From: Andalucia godoyi And28 | Lineage: Eukaryota > Protista > Jakobida | Reading direction: 5' to 3' | NCBI GenBank assembly: GCA_009859145.1 | Contig: VRVR01000006.1 | Location: 381,464 to 445,463 of the forward strand | DNA length: 64,000 bases | Part shown: positions 63,621 through 64,000 of the stretch, piece by piece | Layout of the letters: every line of letters starts with the position of its first letter | Numbering within the stretch: the first letter of the stretch is position 1 | The notes under the pieces: model-generated | What the model saw: the letters and a program-made list of their open reading frames with translations, nothing else | What the model was told of the DNA's origin: nothing | Database searches by the model: none | Position numbers and translations under genes: made by a program

Positions 63621-64000
63621 TGATCTCCCATTGCGTCGGACGCTGTGTGTCCTGATCTTCAAAACCTTCCCAAACTAACACAATGACACCGCATAAACAA
63701 GAGGACTCAGAGAATGCATGCGGTAGCAGGCAGCGGTCTAATTTCAGCATCGAGGGCGACAATTGCTTGTTTTGCCGTTCAGTGACTGGAAATGGGACTG
63801 GTACGCAATCATTTCGACGTACAACGTCTTGATCAGATCCCTACCTGACCGACAGGACAGCAGTTCTGCATAGAGTTCGAGAATCTCTGCGATCCTTTGC
63901 AGTGGAAGTCGGGAATGCTAAATCTGATCCGCTCTGCGTTGCACGCAAGAAACCCCGAGAGACTCTTCGTGTGGTAGTGGACTCTGCATCGCTTCGAAAG

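Noticed and set aside
51800-64000. Endogenous Polinton, virophage or giant virus
   Set aside because: No capsid, packaging ATPase, protein-primed polymerase or retroviral-type integrase motifs were found. The structure is explained by separate TIR elements.
1-64000. tRNA, rRNA or spliceosomal snRNA genes
   Set aside because: No cloverleaf with A/B boxes and no conserved rRNA or U-RNA signature was found by eye. A covariance-model scan could still find divergent ones.

Overview
Gene-dense, intron-poor eukaryotic (protist) DNA in two compartments. (1) About 1-51.7 kb is a compact housekeeping block of roughly 30 mostly single-exon genes. It includes AP-1 sigma, DEGS desaturase, Cwc24, ODC, 3-HAO, TMF1, OSCA/TMEM63, GPR89, a mitochondrial carrier, BCP1, FCF1, RNase III, SNAPC3, a CAP59-family glycosyltransferase and an RBR E3. 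It also has divergent STIL-, SF3B3/DDB1-, Spc19- and Med1-like genes and three bacterial-type enzymes (a frameshifted TrxB/GliT-like oxidoreductase, a C39-like peptidase, an Acg nitroreductase). Two families of dispersed intergenic repeats occur here. (2) About 51.8-64 kb is a transposon and pseudogene block with four inverted-repeat-bounded elements. These are a 28-bp-TIR element carrying a CXC-domain ORF, an internally deleted pogo-like element, a full-length Tc1-like DD34E element with TA duplication, and a MULE-like element (9-bp TSD) whose only cargo is a USP-like cysteine protease. Between them lie a decayed Crinkler-type REase-kinase gene and a Kelch pseudogene. All family calls come from motif recognition by eye; no searches were run. 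A STIL homologue implies a centriole-bearing flagellate, but the taxon cannot be fixed from this window.
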